Source: the human T2T-CHM13v2.0 reference genome, Homo sapiens. From it: DNA of 64,000 nucleotides. Under the pieces are notes generated by a model. It was not told the DNA's origin. It did not search any database and worked only from the letters and a program-made list of their open reading frames with translations. This document shows positions 14,577-32,820 of this stretch, one piece after another. Each line of letters begins with the position of its first letter. Position 1 is the first letter of the stretch. A program made the translations under genes and the position numbers. The stretch lies in assembly GCF_009914755.1 (NCBI RefSeq), contig NC_060925.1. One strand, given 5' to 3'.

Positions 14577-14970
14577 TGTATTTGTCAGAATAGGCCAGAT
14601 TATACTATAGGACAGACGTCCTTCAAAATCTCAGTGGCTTAAAGCAGGTTTATTTCTTGCTCACACTGCACATACACTGTGGTTTGTCTTAGAACAATGT
14701 TCCATATAGTCTTTAATCTGGGACCCAGGCCAGTGGAGAAGTCACTATTTAGAGTGTTTTCAGTCACCATGGCAGAGGGAAAGAGCATGTGGCAAACTGT
14801 GCTGCCTTCAAAGTATCTGCCTAGAAACAACACAGATCACTTTCACTTATACCACATTGTCTAAAGCAAGTTCCATAATCACCTCTACCTCTGAGGGGCA
14901 GGGAAGTATAACTTAACCAAATACCCCAAAAGAACAAATCCAGAATTTTGAGGAACAGAATGAGTGAATT
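14577..14970 (-). mobile_element. MLT1 MaLR LTR nested in L2 remnants (L2 about 14490-15900)
   Basis: aaatctcagtggcttaaa...ggtttatttcttgctcac motif, with flanking L2 motifs (catttattgagcacttactatgtgcc). Confidence 0.55.
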
Positions 14971-16464
14971 CAACAATTATTAACACCCTTGAGAATTTTG
15001 CAATCTAGTATGGGAATTAAGGCCCATAGAAATGAATGTAATAAAATTTGTCATGTGTTGCAATAGAGCTATATAAAAAGTTATTGTTGATGAATGAAAT
15101 AGAATCTGTTATTTATTCCAATGGATGGTGGAGCAAGGTTTTAAAGTGACAAGGTGACATTTGAATTTCAACTTGAAGAGTATACAGTAGTGTTTCAGGT
15201 GGAAAAGAACAAAGAACATGAGATAGCAAATAGGAGGAAAGTGTCCTGGGCAGAGAGGAGGATATAAAAAAAAGTTAAAGTTTTAGAAGCTTGTATATGG
15301 CATATTGTACAAGACATAGGAGGTGTTGGAGCACAATGATGAACAAGACAGATATAGTTCCTGCCCTTGTGGAACATATATTCCAGGAGACTGTATAGAC
15401 ATTAAATATATATATATATATATACACATATATATATAGAGAGAGCGTGAGAGGATTAATAATTTAATAATAACTTACATAAATGCTTTGAAGAAATATA
15501 TATATATGTAGAGAGAGAGGATTAATAATTTAATAATAACTTAGATAAATGCTTTGAAGAAGAAGCAGTGTGTACCTGGAGAAATAAATTATGGGAATTT
15601 CACTTGGTCTGAGAGGTCAGGAAAGAGATTCATAGCAAAGAATGTAGGGTGGGGTGGGGGAAATATTCCAGAGAAAAGCAACATGTGTAAAAGGTCCAAG
15701 ATTGGAAGGAATATGGTGTTTTATGCAAGAGCATAAAACATGCAAGAAAATAACATAGGCACTTTGTAAAGTTCACTCTGCCCACTGTGTAAACAATGGT
15801 TCAGAGGGGTTCAAGAACTGATATAAGAAGACCAGTTAGGAATTAGCTGCCCAGGTAAGAAGTAAAGGTCACTAGACCTTGAAGGAGTGCACCACCCAAG
15901 CAGCTTTCTAGAGTGTCAATCACTATGGCATACTAAAACCTTAGAGTAAATGCATCAACATGGATAAATTTGTATTTAATAAAACTCTCCTCAGGGAGAG
16001 TGCTCACATGGTTTGAAGAAATGTTTGATAATCTACTTGGGGTAAGAGAAACTTACTGTCACCAACCTTCTGACAAGGAACATGTTCCAGTATTAATAAA
16101 TAGTTGCCATATAAGGATAAGCCATTTTATTTGCAAAAAATGAGGAGAGATGCTGTTGTCTGCCATTTCCCCTGCAGGACTCTGCCTTCTTCTAAACAAT
16201 ATTTGGCAAATACTTAAAGAATTATTTTTGAGGGGCAACAAATTATTAGTTATTCAGGGATGTAGAAATTGATCTTGCTCTAGATAGAATAATGACTATA
16301 CAGAGAAAAAGATATGAACATACTTGGCACTAGTATATTGAGTATGATTGACTTAATGATGAATTAAAGGAGAAGGCTACATGGAAAGGGAGAGATAGTC
16401 ATCTGCATGTCTACATTAAAATGTGAAGCATACTGCAAAGTATAGGGAGTTTTTTTTAAGGTAG

Positions 16465-16644
16465 TTTTTTTTTTGAGACAGAGTCTCCCTCTGTCGCCCA
16501 GGCTGGAGTGCAGCGGCGCGATCTCAGCTCAATGCAGCCTTGACCTCCTGGGATCAAGCCATCCTCCATCGTCAGCTTCCAAGAGATTCCCCTGTCTCTG
16601 CCTCAAAGTGCTGAGATTATAGGTATGAGCCACTGTGCCTGGCC
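16465..16644 (-). mobile_element. Internally deleted AluJ
   Basis: Right-arm end fused to left-arm start; gcagccttgacctcctgggatcaag is J-type. Confidence 0.8.
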
Positions 16645-16653
16645 AAAAGGTAA

Positions 16654-16800
<147 letters not shown>

Positions 16801-17576
16801 TAAAAAAATAATTTGATAGGTAATATACACCCAACAACTTTTAACTTCTAGAGGTCTTGAGAGAAAAGGAAGGCTGAGAAATGGTTTCAAGGGCCCATAA
16901 GGAAGGAGACTGTGTTAAATACTATACTTGTTAAAAGAGATCAGTACTAATTGTCTTTTTCTTTGGCTTAAGATATATTATTCCCTAATACTTTTGATAC
17001 TAATTTGATTTCTTTTGCTATAAGTAATTTTCATTTGACTTAATGAGAAGATTGCAGGTTCTCATTTTGCCTTAATTCTTATAGCCCCTTTCCTATTTCT
17101 TTACTTAACGTTTTTGGAGTGCCTGGAATTTATTTACTTGATTTGAATTTGACCCCTGATTAAGCTTATCTGAGGGAATTATTCTTTTAAGAAACAGGTA
17201 ACCAGGAGACTTGTTCACCACTGTACTACCAGAACATAGCACATAGGAGGACTTGTAATAGGTAGGACTAGGCAAAGTCAAAAGACCCAGTTTATTACAC
17301 ACAATCTTTAAGTTCTTGAAAACATGCATTTAGAAATTGCTAAGGCAAAGCAGATTTTCTTAAACTTAGTTGTAATCATGTGAGAAATTAATTTATTGTT
17401 TTTTCTAGGGCACTATAAGATTGATAGTTCTACACAGTAACCTCATGATTAGGTTATCCAAAGAATTTACAGCAAGTACAGCTTGGAAAAGTGTCAGACA
17501 TAGTTCTTTTGAGAGAGAAGGCCCAGATTCTGAAGCAGTATGACTTTGTCAAATTCTGGGTAATAGTTTGTTGTTG

Positions 17577-17623
17577 TTCAAAATATGCAGTGTCAGATAC
17601 GATCTGACACTGCATATATTGAA
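17577..17623. repeat. Inverted repeat: 22-bp arms (1 mismatch), 3-nt loop
   Basis: ttcaaaATATGCAGTGTCAGAT-acg-ATCTGACACTGCATATattgaa. Confidence 0.95.
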
Positions 17624-17869
17624 GTTGGCTAACTTACCATCTCTCTTTTCTCATTCCAAGATCTACTTATAAAGCAATTGTCTGATAATATCAGCCTATG
17701 TTCACTAGCATCTGTGTTGCTGTCTATTGGAATTTGTATGGAAGAGCTAAAATGTGCCAAGAGGTGTGCCAGTTCATTTTTCTGGGTGTTTATCATTTAG
17801 CCAACAGAGAATCTATTACACAGTGGTTTGTCTGGTCTGTATTTAAAGGTCTCCTGGAAGAGGGGTCAT

Positions 17870-18190
17870 TTGTTTGCTCATTCATTCAACAGATATTTAT
17901 TGAGCACTTACTATGTGCTGGGTGTTTTTTGTGGTTCAGAAGTTATAATGGTGAACGAAGAGCTCTGCCCTCAGGAAACTTACATTTTAGTGGAATGACA
18001 TAGAAAATAAATAAGTAAAATACATAGTATATTCCTAGAATGTGATAAATTCTATGGAGAAAAATAAAGCAGGAAAGGGAAAATGTGTATGCTGGAGGGT
18101 GTAATTTTTAAATAGAGGGGCCTTGCTGAGACATGTGACATTTGAGCAAAGTCCTGAAATAGATGAAGGAGTGGGCTATTGTGGTAATTT
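17870..18190 (-). mobile_element. L2 3' fragment
   Basis: cattcattcaacagatatttattgagcacttactatgtgc. Confidence 0.65.
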
Positions 18191-18821
18191 AAAATAATTG
18201 GCTTAAATTAGGCAGGTATTAATTTGGAAAAATCATTTGGATTTTAGCCAGTTTAGAATATATGTGCATCATTTTTTTTGTAGTGACAAAATGTATGAGG
18301 AAATTTGTCAGATGCAGCTAAAAGCTTTAGTGCTATATGGAGATTAACCTTGTAAAAGAGACTTCTGAGAAACATTTTTAGTGGTAACACCTCATTAAGA
18401 GGAGTATCTCAGTGGCCACACATGTGAAGGCAAGTTGGGATGCTCTAAAGACCAGCTAGATACAGTATTTTTTTCCTCTGATGCTACTCATTGGAGAGAA
18501 TTAAATGGTAGGGGAGTCACTGATTGCAAGGTAAATTATTTTATGAATTATTCTGATTTCAAGTTTTTAATCTGAGAGGTCAGTGTTAAGTCCCAAATAT
18601 GTTCTACAAAAGGGGAAAATAAGTCTTCTGATATTATAAAGCTCTTATACTTTTCATTGGATTTTATAGGAATAAAAGAAGTTTTCAATTAACATATACA
18701 ACACTTGTTCTTATAGAACTGACTTGTCTACTTTACACAAATGATTTAAGAAAAGTGAATTGGCAGCAGTCACCTTCAAACTGATTACTGTCTACATATA
18801 GTATTTTTTGAGCAAATATTC

Positions 18822-19002
18822 ATTTTTGTTTTTTTTTTGAGACGGAGTCATGCTCCACTGTGCCCAGCTAATTTTTGTATTTTTTTAGTAGAGATGGGGT
18901 TTCACCATATTGGCCAGGCTGGTCTCGAACTCCTGACCTTGAGATCCGCCCGCCTCGGCCTCCCAAAGTGCTGGGATTACAGGCTTGAGACACCGTGCCT
19001 GG
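18822..19002 (-). mobile_element. AluS with most of the right arm deleted
   Basis: gagacggagtcatgctc joins directly to cactgtgcccagctaatt. TSD-like gagcaaatattc / gaacaaatattc. Confidence 0.85.
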
Positions 19003-19625
19003 TTGAACAAATATTCTTTAAAATGAATTTTTCAAACTCTCTTGACAATCTCACAGATAGAAAAAACTTTAGAGAGAATCTGGGTGAATCTCTTGTTGCA
19101 TAGATCAAGACATTTACCTTCAGGTGTTTTCTTAAGGCTTCAAGGCTGTGGCTTCACAAAATGCATGTAATCTCCTTCTAAGACTTGGAAAAAATTAGGA
19201 AAAAAACAAAGTCTATGAATTCCTGTCACATACCTTCAAAGATGTCTTGCTTATAGATAGCGAAGGAAATGAATTATCCCCTGAATTTGTGTATTAATCA
19301 GGTTAAGCCAAACTGTGCTGGGGTAAGAAACATGTCTCCATATCCTAATCTTAATGCAATAGAGGAATTTGTGTTACTTGTGCAAACTGATGGGATCTCT
19401 GGTGGACAGTTTTCCTTTTTGTGGTAACTCAGAGATTTAATCTTCTTTGAACCTCTCAACATAGGGCATGTCACACTGGAGGGGAAAACAGACTGGAGAG
19501 ATTATATGTGAAACTTCACCACCATAGCCTGCAAGCGACACATGTCACTTCATAGCGCACTGACTAAAACTATAGTCAACTGCAAGGAGACTGAGAGGGA
19601 TGTTCTTATAACAACTGGGAAAGGA

Positions 19626-19813
19626 TGTGAGATGGTGAATTGTATGTGCCAACTTGAATTCCAGGTTTTCTAACTTGTAAGTGACAGAGTGTGAGACTTC
19701 TCAGCCTCCATAGTTGTACCCACAGTAGATCACCTCATATCTCTGTATCTGTCTATCTATCTATCTATCTATCTATCTAATCTATCATCTATCATCTATC
19801 AATTATCTATCTA

Positions 19814-19858
<45 letters not shown>

Positions 19859-19868
19859 CCTACCTATC

Positions 19869-19905
<37 letters not shown>

Positions 19906-20016
19906 ATCTACCTACCTATCTTTATCTATCATCTATCTATCAATTATCTATCTATCTATCTATCATCTATCTATCTCCTATTGGTTCTGTTTCTCTGGAG
20001 AACTCTGACTAATTCA
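19626..20016 (+). mobile_element. MLT2 solo LTR, internally deleted, hosting an STR
   Basis: 5' tgtgagatggtgaattgtatgtgccaacttga and 3' cctattggttctgtttctctggagaactctgactaattca. Confidence 0.75.
19745..19976. repeat. Complex (TATC)n / GATA tetranucleotide array
   Basis: About 230 bp of TATC blocks interrupted by ATC, TACC and AATT. Confidence 0.95.
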
Positions 20017-20359
20017 GAGAGGAATACTATATATTTTAGAGAGACACTAGTAATGCCTATAATATCTTGCATCTTTTTTTTGGCTATTTCACTGATCTAG
20101 TGTTTGATGTTGCAGTAAGAGCATTAATTACATGTTTAACAATTGTTCTCACTCCTTCACATTAGTTGCTACATATTATCATCAGAACAGCCTTATGAGG
20201 TAAGACGAATGAAAGGATAACTAGAAAGAGCCCAAGAACACAATATTATAATCATCTATAATATATATATTAGGATATTGACATGGGAATACAAGTGTCA
20301 TATTAGTTTGTGTATTAGATATGTGTTATTTGTTAAGTATGGGGTTAGGGTCCTAGGTT

Positions 20360-24945
<4,586 letters not shown>

Positions 24946-25459
24946 TGACAAAGATTCTCTCCATGGCCCAACTCTAGTCAGGACGCTCTGAACTCTTTTC
25001 CCAACAAATCCCTAACTTTCAGGCTTTCATGTTCATCTCTGTATTGTCCAGTTTTAGCAAGAATCCTTCTAAGTCAATTTCACCATAATCCTTCAGCCTG
25101 GATATCTGAGATCACCCTTGATATCTGATTGGATTCCTCATCTTCCATCATCCTGCAGATGAGGTCTGATTACCATAGCCTGCTTTCAGCAAGAACCCTA
25201 TTAGGTCATTTTAGCCGGGACCTCTGCATACCCCTGATATTTCTTCATGGTAATCTTCCATCCACTGACCTCTCCCCTTACCAATTGGCTCCTTGGCTAT
25301 AAATTCCCACTTTTCCTTCTTGTATTTGAAGTTGAGCACAATCTCTCTCCCTCACTGCAAAACCTCATTGGAGTGGTCCCTAAATCTATTTTCCTGGTCC
25401 CCAAAATAGTCTGCCTTACTGTGCTTTAACAAGTGTCTGAAATGATATTTTCTTTAATG
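24946..25459 (+). mobile_element. MER31-like 3' LTR
   Basis: TGACAAAGATTCTCTCC start, ttttagcaagaatcc, ggctataaattccc TATA, ends tttctttaa. Confidence 0.7.
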
Positions 25460-26611
25460 GTTATCAGGCTGGTTTCTAGGAGCACAAAGATAAATCAGAC
25501 AGAATCCCTTTTATCAGGGGGCTTATACTGTCCTGGGCAAGACAAACACAATTCATGGTAGTGATAAGACAGAAATGTACAAGGTGGTAGAGAGATTCAG
25601 GGTGGTTCAGTGTTCAGTGAAGATCTGCTGGAAATGTGCACAAGAGGAGTCTTGAGGGTGAAATAAGGGTGAGCAAGTTGAGAAGAGATAGGAAAGGAAA
25701 TTGCATTAACAAGGCATCAAGATGTGAAACAGGTGGTATTCAACCTCCAAATCCATACCTTTTCCCAAAACCTTATTTATTTCCTTTCCACAACCTCTTA
25801 CTTCAAAGTTGGAGGAGACAAATATAGAAATGATTTGTTCCTTTTCCTAAGATCACAGGAGAAGTGAGAGTATACACAGTTTCTAAGGTCAATGCTTTTC
25901 CAGAATGATATTTCAATACAGGAAACCTGTTAAAGCCAAGAATTCCAGTGACTCTAACACACGCTACTCTGATCTTCCCTTCCGATTAGATATTCTTGTT
26001 ATATAACCTCAACCCTGGGTAGTGTCAGGATTATTGAGGATGTTTGGGCCTTCAGATCATCTCAGTGGTATTTAAAAACAAAGCTCATTTTCCTGGAATC
26101 TTAAGATGAACAAAGTTTGAATAATGTTGTGTATATTTTCTATTAGAGAAAATTACTGCAGTTCTTTCTTGAATTCCATGGAAATCTTCCCTTTCCATAA
26201 AAATAATTGCTGACATTATCTGGGTCTTTTTAAGAAATGCAGTTATCCTTTTGTGAACACTACAGTTTTTCTTTGGAAACATGCAGCTGTTCTGAGAACA
26301 TCAAATGCAGTAAGCTGATTGTGTGGCACCTCAGAAAGTTGGTCTCTTTTGTCGGTATCTTTACTTTGATTAGCATTAAAGATTCGAGAATTATTTGTAG
26401 CCTTTGTCAAGTCTCCCTGGAAGGCAAGATGCCTGTGCAATATTTGCTAGGTGTCCCCTATTCAAGTTCTTGGGTATGCGTGGGCAGTGGGGCGGAGGGT
26501 CCATATGATATCACTTATAGTTCTTTGCACATATTAAATTCTCAAAAAAAAGTCTATTAAATGATAAAAATGAATAAATGAATGATTGAAACTTCTATAA
26601 GTAGACTAGTA

Positions 26612-26614
26612 TGT

Positions 26615-26652
<38 letters not shown>
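26612..26652. repeat. (TG)n microsatellite
   Basis: Direct reading. Confidence 0.95.
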
Positions 26653-26654
<2 letters not shown>

Positions 26655-26759
26655 TTTTCTATAGCTTCTTAACTGGTCTCTCTGCTTCTGCCCTTGACTT
26701 TCGCAATTCATTCTCAATAAGCAGTCAGAGTGATCCTGTTAAACAGACTTAGTTACCCG

Positions 26760-28580
26760 GCATGATTGTGTCTGATAACGTAATTGATTCCAGGAGTGGC
26801 TCCAAAATTCACATCCCTGTAAGGAGATTCTGACATCCAGCATTCACAGATAAACTCTGGTCATGGGAAATGGGAAAAGGAAGAAATTGAAGTGGTTAGA
26901 TGCCCAACTCTGGAATAAGTGCAAAATCAGAAATGCTCAGGGGCAGCTTTGATGAACTCCAAGGCTGGAGTCTGATAGTGAGAAGGTAAGGGAGAGAGGT
27001 AAGTGATGTAATTCTCACTGTGGGCACAGAATGGGGAGATGTTTGTGTTCCACTCACATGCATCCACTGTGGAGGAGACCCTCAGCTGTTGGATTGGCAA
27101 GATGGCTGTCTATCATTGCTTTCTTCAGCTATTAGATCCTGGCACAAACATGGTGATGGCAGCAGTGTGGGAAGCTCCACATAGCCTAAAACATAGATTT
27201 TCCCTCACCAAGGCAGATCCCTGACTTGGTATCATTCCCCAGGGATACCCAACAATTGTATATTGATTACACGGACCCTCTTTAAACAGGAAGGGGCAGT
27301 GCTTTGTTCCTATTGGATTAGACACATGTTCTGGGTAAAGAATCGCCTCCCTGCCCACTGTGCTTCTACCAGCACTACCAGCCATGGGTTTACAGAGTGC
27401 TGTGCCCATCACCATGCTTCAAAACATTGCCTCCATTTTGGGGCATACTTTGCAACAAATAAAGTGTAGCAATGAGTTTATGACCACAGAATTTGCTGAC
27501 TTTACCACTTACTTCAATGGCCCAGAAGCAGTTACAGTACTGGCTGGGAGAAAACACCCAGAAAGGGCCAGGCACTCTCATATTGATTAGGGTGTATTTA
27601 CTAGGATGATTTGGCCCAAATACCAAGGAAAACGTAGGTTTCTTTTTCATGATCAAGGCAAGGAGGGCTATGTCTGAACCCAGGGGATTCAGTAGAGTGT
27701 CCTTTAATGTTCTCTTGCCCAATAGTCCTGGTCAATAGAAAGCTCTAGCAACTCAAAAAGTTGCCCCCTAAAGACTGAGATCCTACAGAAATTGAGGCTT
27801 AGGTCACCCCTTCCACCCTGGTGTGTTGCAGAATGTAAGATAAACATGAAATTAGTGGTGGAAAAAGGAAGTTATAATAGTCAATGTAGGCTTCATAACT
27901 CATTAGAAAAGCAGTGATCATAGCAGCTACATTTTATGTTAATTATTGCTTTTTCTGCCTCCTCCTGCCTCCTTAGATTTAGAGAGCTTTTGATGGCTAA
28001 TGTTTTATACTTTAGGTAAGAGTATGACTTCATTCTGTAATAATGTAATAGTGAAGTAACTAATGGTTTGTTTGTCATCTATGTTAGGGAATGGATTTTT
28101 GTTTTCCACCCAGATAAATGATGAGTAGATGCTGAGGAGTAAAATGAGTAGACTAAGATGGAAACCTATTATTGGTCCTTCAGATTTACACTCCACCCTC
28201 CACTCCTGCTTGGGTGCTTCAGGAGGCTGACTTTTATGGACAACATCAAATGGATGCCTTTGCCTTCTAGCTTAGCTGGGTTCAGGCAAGGGGAGGCACT
28301 GGCAATATATTGGAATGAGGGAGGGAAGTGATGTCAGTATAGTTATTTGCCAGCTCTCTTCCTGCTAGATTACAGTGGGTGGGTGCATTCCTCCAACCGA
28401 GGCCTCACTCAGCTCTCCCTCAGGGCTCTGGTAACTGCTCACTCTCTTCGCCTCTTTAGGCCAAGGATAGCTGAGACTCTTGCCTTTAATAACACTGGGC
28501 ACTGTATTTCACCCCCTTGCATTCTGTAAACTCTGTCTGTACATTTGTAAATTTTTTTTCATTAAATCCTGCTCGGCCTC
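26760..28580 (+). mobile_element. Ancient ERV-L internal remnant followed by an LTR33-like LTR (about 28160-28580)
   Basis: FVFHSHASTVEETL resembles the ERV-L RNase H end. LTR motifs ggaggctgact..atggac and ggggaggcactggca. Confidence 0.5.
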
Positions 28581-28914
28581 CAAAGGCTACAGTCACTATT
28601 TCCATTTTACAGATTAGAAAACTAAGGCTGAGAAAGGGTAAACAACTTCCACAAGTTCTCACGGAAAGTCAGCTCTGTCACTGGTAACCGTGGAACTAGG
28701 TTTGTATCTAGGTGACTCTCAGACAGTGTTAAGTAAGTAAATGGTATCAAATCCTTATTACTGCAAGATATATTGTTATTGAAGAATAACAAGAAAAAAA
28801 GCCAAATTTAAACACAATCTGGTTGGAGTTTCTGTTTTTAATATGATTTACAGAATACAACCTTATCTACCTATTCTAAATAGGCCCCTGCTGATTTAGT
28901 CACAGGCAATCTTT

Positions 28915-29791
28915 TTTTCTTTAACTTTTAAGTTTGGGGTACCTGTGCAGGACGTGCAGGTTTGTTACATAAGTAAACGTGTGCCATGGTGGTTTGCTGC
29001 ACAGATCAACCCATCACCTAGGTATTAAGCCCAGCAGGCATTAGCTATTCTTCCTAAAAAGAAAAAAAGCCCAGGCCAATTACCATGATAAAATTACCTT
29101 TGGTGAAGATATACTATATGTGATGCAGAGAGTGAATGCTTAGTCCTTGGTTGTGGGCTATCACATGTCTTTAACATTGAGTCTAATTTATTCCAAGATT
29201 CAGTCAGCTGCTCCTTGTAAAACTGGTTCTTTGTTCTCCCTCCCCTGTGCCCCCTGACTGCCTGACAGGCCCCAGTATGTGTTTTCCCCTCTATGTGTCC
29301 ATGCATTCTCATCATTCAGCTCCCACTTATAAGTTAGAACATGCGGTATTTGGTTTTCTGTTCCTGTGTTAGTTTGCTGAGGATAACGGCTTCCAGCTCC
29401 ATCCATGTCCTTGCAAAGGACATAATCTCATTCCTTTTTATGGCTGCATAGTATTCCATGGTGTATATGTACCACATTTCCTTTATCCAATCTGTAAATG
29501 ATGGGCATTTGGGTTGGTTCCATCTCTTTGCTATTGTGAATAGTGCTGCAAGGAACATATATGTGCGTGTATCTTTATAATAGAATGATTTATATTCCTT
29601 TGGGTACATACCCAGTAATGGGATTCCTGGGTCAAATGGTATTTCTGGTTCTAGATCCTTGAGGAATTGCCACACCATCTTCCACAATGGTTGAACTAAT
29701 TTACATTCTCATCAACAGTGTAAAAGCATTCCTATTTCTCCACATCCTCTCCACCATCTGTTGTTTTTTGACTTTTTAATAATCGACATTC
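28915..29791 (-). mobile_element. 5'-truncated L1PA8-10-like 3' end with a foreign insert
   Basis: ORF 29334..29687 is the ORF2 C-terminus. Degenerate TSD agtcacaggcaatcttt (28898-28914) / agtcaggggtaatcttt (29792-29808), 14/17 identical. Confidence 0.9.
29068..29235 (+). repeat. 168-bp dispersed duplicate (copy) of 34303-34470
   Basis: 162/168 identical by manual alignment, no indels. Confidence 0.95.
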
Positions 29792-30006
29792 AGTCAGGGG
29801 TAATCTTTAACTTTTCCTTGGTCTGAAGTGTTTTTTTTTGTTGTTGTTTTTAAATTTTTTTCTACTGAGGTAAAATATACATATATAATTGACTGTGGCT
29901 GGTGGTTACAGGAGGGGTAACTATTGAGAGGAAATGAGTCCTTTAGGAAGGCTGCAGTGTCTTAAGCACTTCTATTTTAAGGCTAAAGTTAATCATTGGC
30001 TTAGGT

Positions 30007-30230
30007 TAAGCTTGTCCAGTCTGCAGCCTGCAGGCTGCATGTGGCCCAGAATGGCTTTGAATGTGGTCCAGCACAAATTTGTAAACTTTCTTAAAATATT
30101 CTGAGATTTTTTTGCAATTTTTTTCTTTTTAGCTCATCAGCTATTGTTAGTGTTAGGGTATTTTATGTGTGGTACAAGAAAATTATTCTTCCAATGTGGC
30201 CCAGGAAAGTTAAAAGATTGGAAACCCCTG
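30007..30230 (-). mobile_element. MER30 hAT DNA transposon
   Basis: aagcttgtcc...aaacccctg termini. 8-bp TSD gcttaggt / gcttaggc at 29999-30006 and 30231-30238. Confidence 0.85.
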
Positions 30231-30634
30231 GCTTAGGCTATCTTTATAATAAGTATAAATTCTTTAATTTACTAATAAGTATCTGTATTTAAAATCTGCC
30301 TACTTGTTGACTAAAACATTTTACCCTAAGGATTTATCTTAATGAGATGCTTATTCATTGAGCTAATGCTTGAGAGCCTATTATGCATCAGACACTGTTT
30401 TAGGCCTTTAGAATATATCAGTAAAGAAAACCAAGGTCGCTGCTCTCATGGAGCTTTCATTGAAGAGGGGGCAGACAGACAGTAAACAATAAACAAAATA
30501 GAATAAATTATTTAGGGGTTATAAGGTAATAAATGCTTGAAAAAAGCAGAGCATGGTAACTAGGGAGTATGGGAAGCTGTTGATAAAAGTAAGTATGGTT
30601 TTTAGTGAAATTCTATTGAGCAGTTCCCATTTGA

Positions 30635-30931
<297 letters not shown>

Positions 30932-32205
30932 TGAGAAAATTCTTAAAGGCAGTGAGGGAATTAGTCACGTAGCTACAATATCTGGTAGGAGAGAGAAAAG
31001 CATTCCAGGAAAAAGCTAAAATTAAGCAATACATATAAAAGCCATAGGCATGTGTGCTCTGGAGGAAAGGCATGAAGGCTGGGGTGCCGCCCCTGAGTGA
31101 GAAAGGTGGAGGGACATAGGGAATACAGAGGGAGGTAAGAGGGGTCATGGAAAGAGATTTGGGCATGCAAAAAATACAGAAAAAATCATTTGAAAAGTCC
31201 AGGGACCTCAATTCAGCTGGAAGGAAGCAAAATTAAAGAAGACAAATTAGAAATAAAAAACCATGGGTTCTTCAAAAGAATGTAGTTAATTTTTATTTCT
31301 AAAACATGAGATATATGCAGGCAAGCTGTGGCGCTGTGTTGTGAGAGAGCTTATTACCTCTCAGAAGTATGGATTTAATATTGTGATTAATGTGATTTAA
31401 AAGGTAGAGAAAGGAATTAGAAGGCACATTTTCAACTCAGCTCTAAAAAATGGAATTCACTCTTGAAAGTTTTATCTGCTCTGAGATACTGAGATATATG
31501 GAAACTTAAGCACATTTTGACTTAAGGCCTCATAAATGTAGTATATGTAATAAAATAGACCAATGATCAGCCCTGACTGTAAAATATAAATCAAACTCAA
31601 ATTCAATGTTTCTCATCAAAAAGGCATTGTGAATATATCACTAATATCTCAAAATTTCTCTCTCAGAAGTTGGATATACCTGACAGTGTGGACAGTGGAA
31701 TAAAAAAAACTTAGTTTAAATTTTGACTTACTGTCTGCCCTTAGGCAAGTTACTTTCTCTGAGCCTCAACTCTCTCACCTATAAGATGGTGATGATATCT
31801 ATTATTTAATGATAATGAGAATTATGTAATTTATTGCACATAGTAGGTATTCAACAATGACTATTATTTTCTGTCTCTTCATTTGCCTTTCTAATCTCTA
31901 TGAAGGTTTTCTCACATTGACATTCTACTTTCCCCTCTTGCATCATTTCTACCACCTTCTTTTCTAAATTGTCTCTTTTATACACATGACATTTTATAAT
32001 TACAAATAAGGAATGGCTCTAAGTGGAAGGTGAATGTATGATTTATTTATTGTCAGCAACTGAAGTTTGGTATTAATTCTACTGAAACCAACATTTGGGA
32101 TGCATTTTCTAACATTTAGATAGACAAGTATTAGTTATTTCACTCAAAAGATGAACTCATTTAGCCAACAATTAGCTCATTCTGCCAGCTTGAACAAGAT
32201 GTTTT

Positions 32206-32663
32206 TGAAACTATCCTCACAGGGTTAACTAGAATCCTGGATGGAAATATAGTTATAATTAAGCATTAATCAGGCTGCACTTTGGTCCACTTCCTTGTGA
32301 CATAAAACATTTCTTTATGAATTACTTAAGATGTTTTTTAGATCCTGAATTCCAGCAGAACAGCTGACACCAACCAGTTTGAAGACCCCCACAGAGGAAC
32401 TGAATCAGCATGAGAATGCAGGGTCTTCATCTTTCTGTCTTATGACTTCACCCTGTACTCTGACCAATCAATGATAGCTACACTTCAGCCAGCTCCAAAA
32501 CCCTTAACAACCCTAGACCCAAACTCCTTGGGGAGATGGTTTTGAAGTTTCCTCCTGTCTCCTCATTCAGCGTCCCTAGGATTAAACCTCTGTCTGCTGC
32601 AACCCAGTTTCTCAGCACACTGACTTGCTGTGGACATCAGGCAATGAACCTATTGTGGTTACA
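32206..32663 (+). mobile_element. ERV1-class solo LTR (MER49/MER66-like)
   Basis: TGAAAC...TTACA termini, CCAAT box, ATTAAA near the 3' end. Confidence 0.65.
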
Positions 32664-32820
32664 TATTTCTCCTACATCATCGTATTCCTAGTTTCAGATT
32701 GGAATACATATATGAGGCAAGTGGGCAATAGGAGTCAAATAGATATTCCCAAAGCTACGGTAAAATTCCTTTGCAGTTTAGATGCCTGAATATCTATCTC
32801 AAAATGTGTCCATTTCAATA

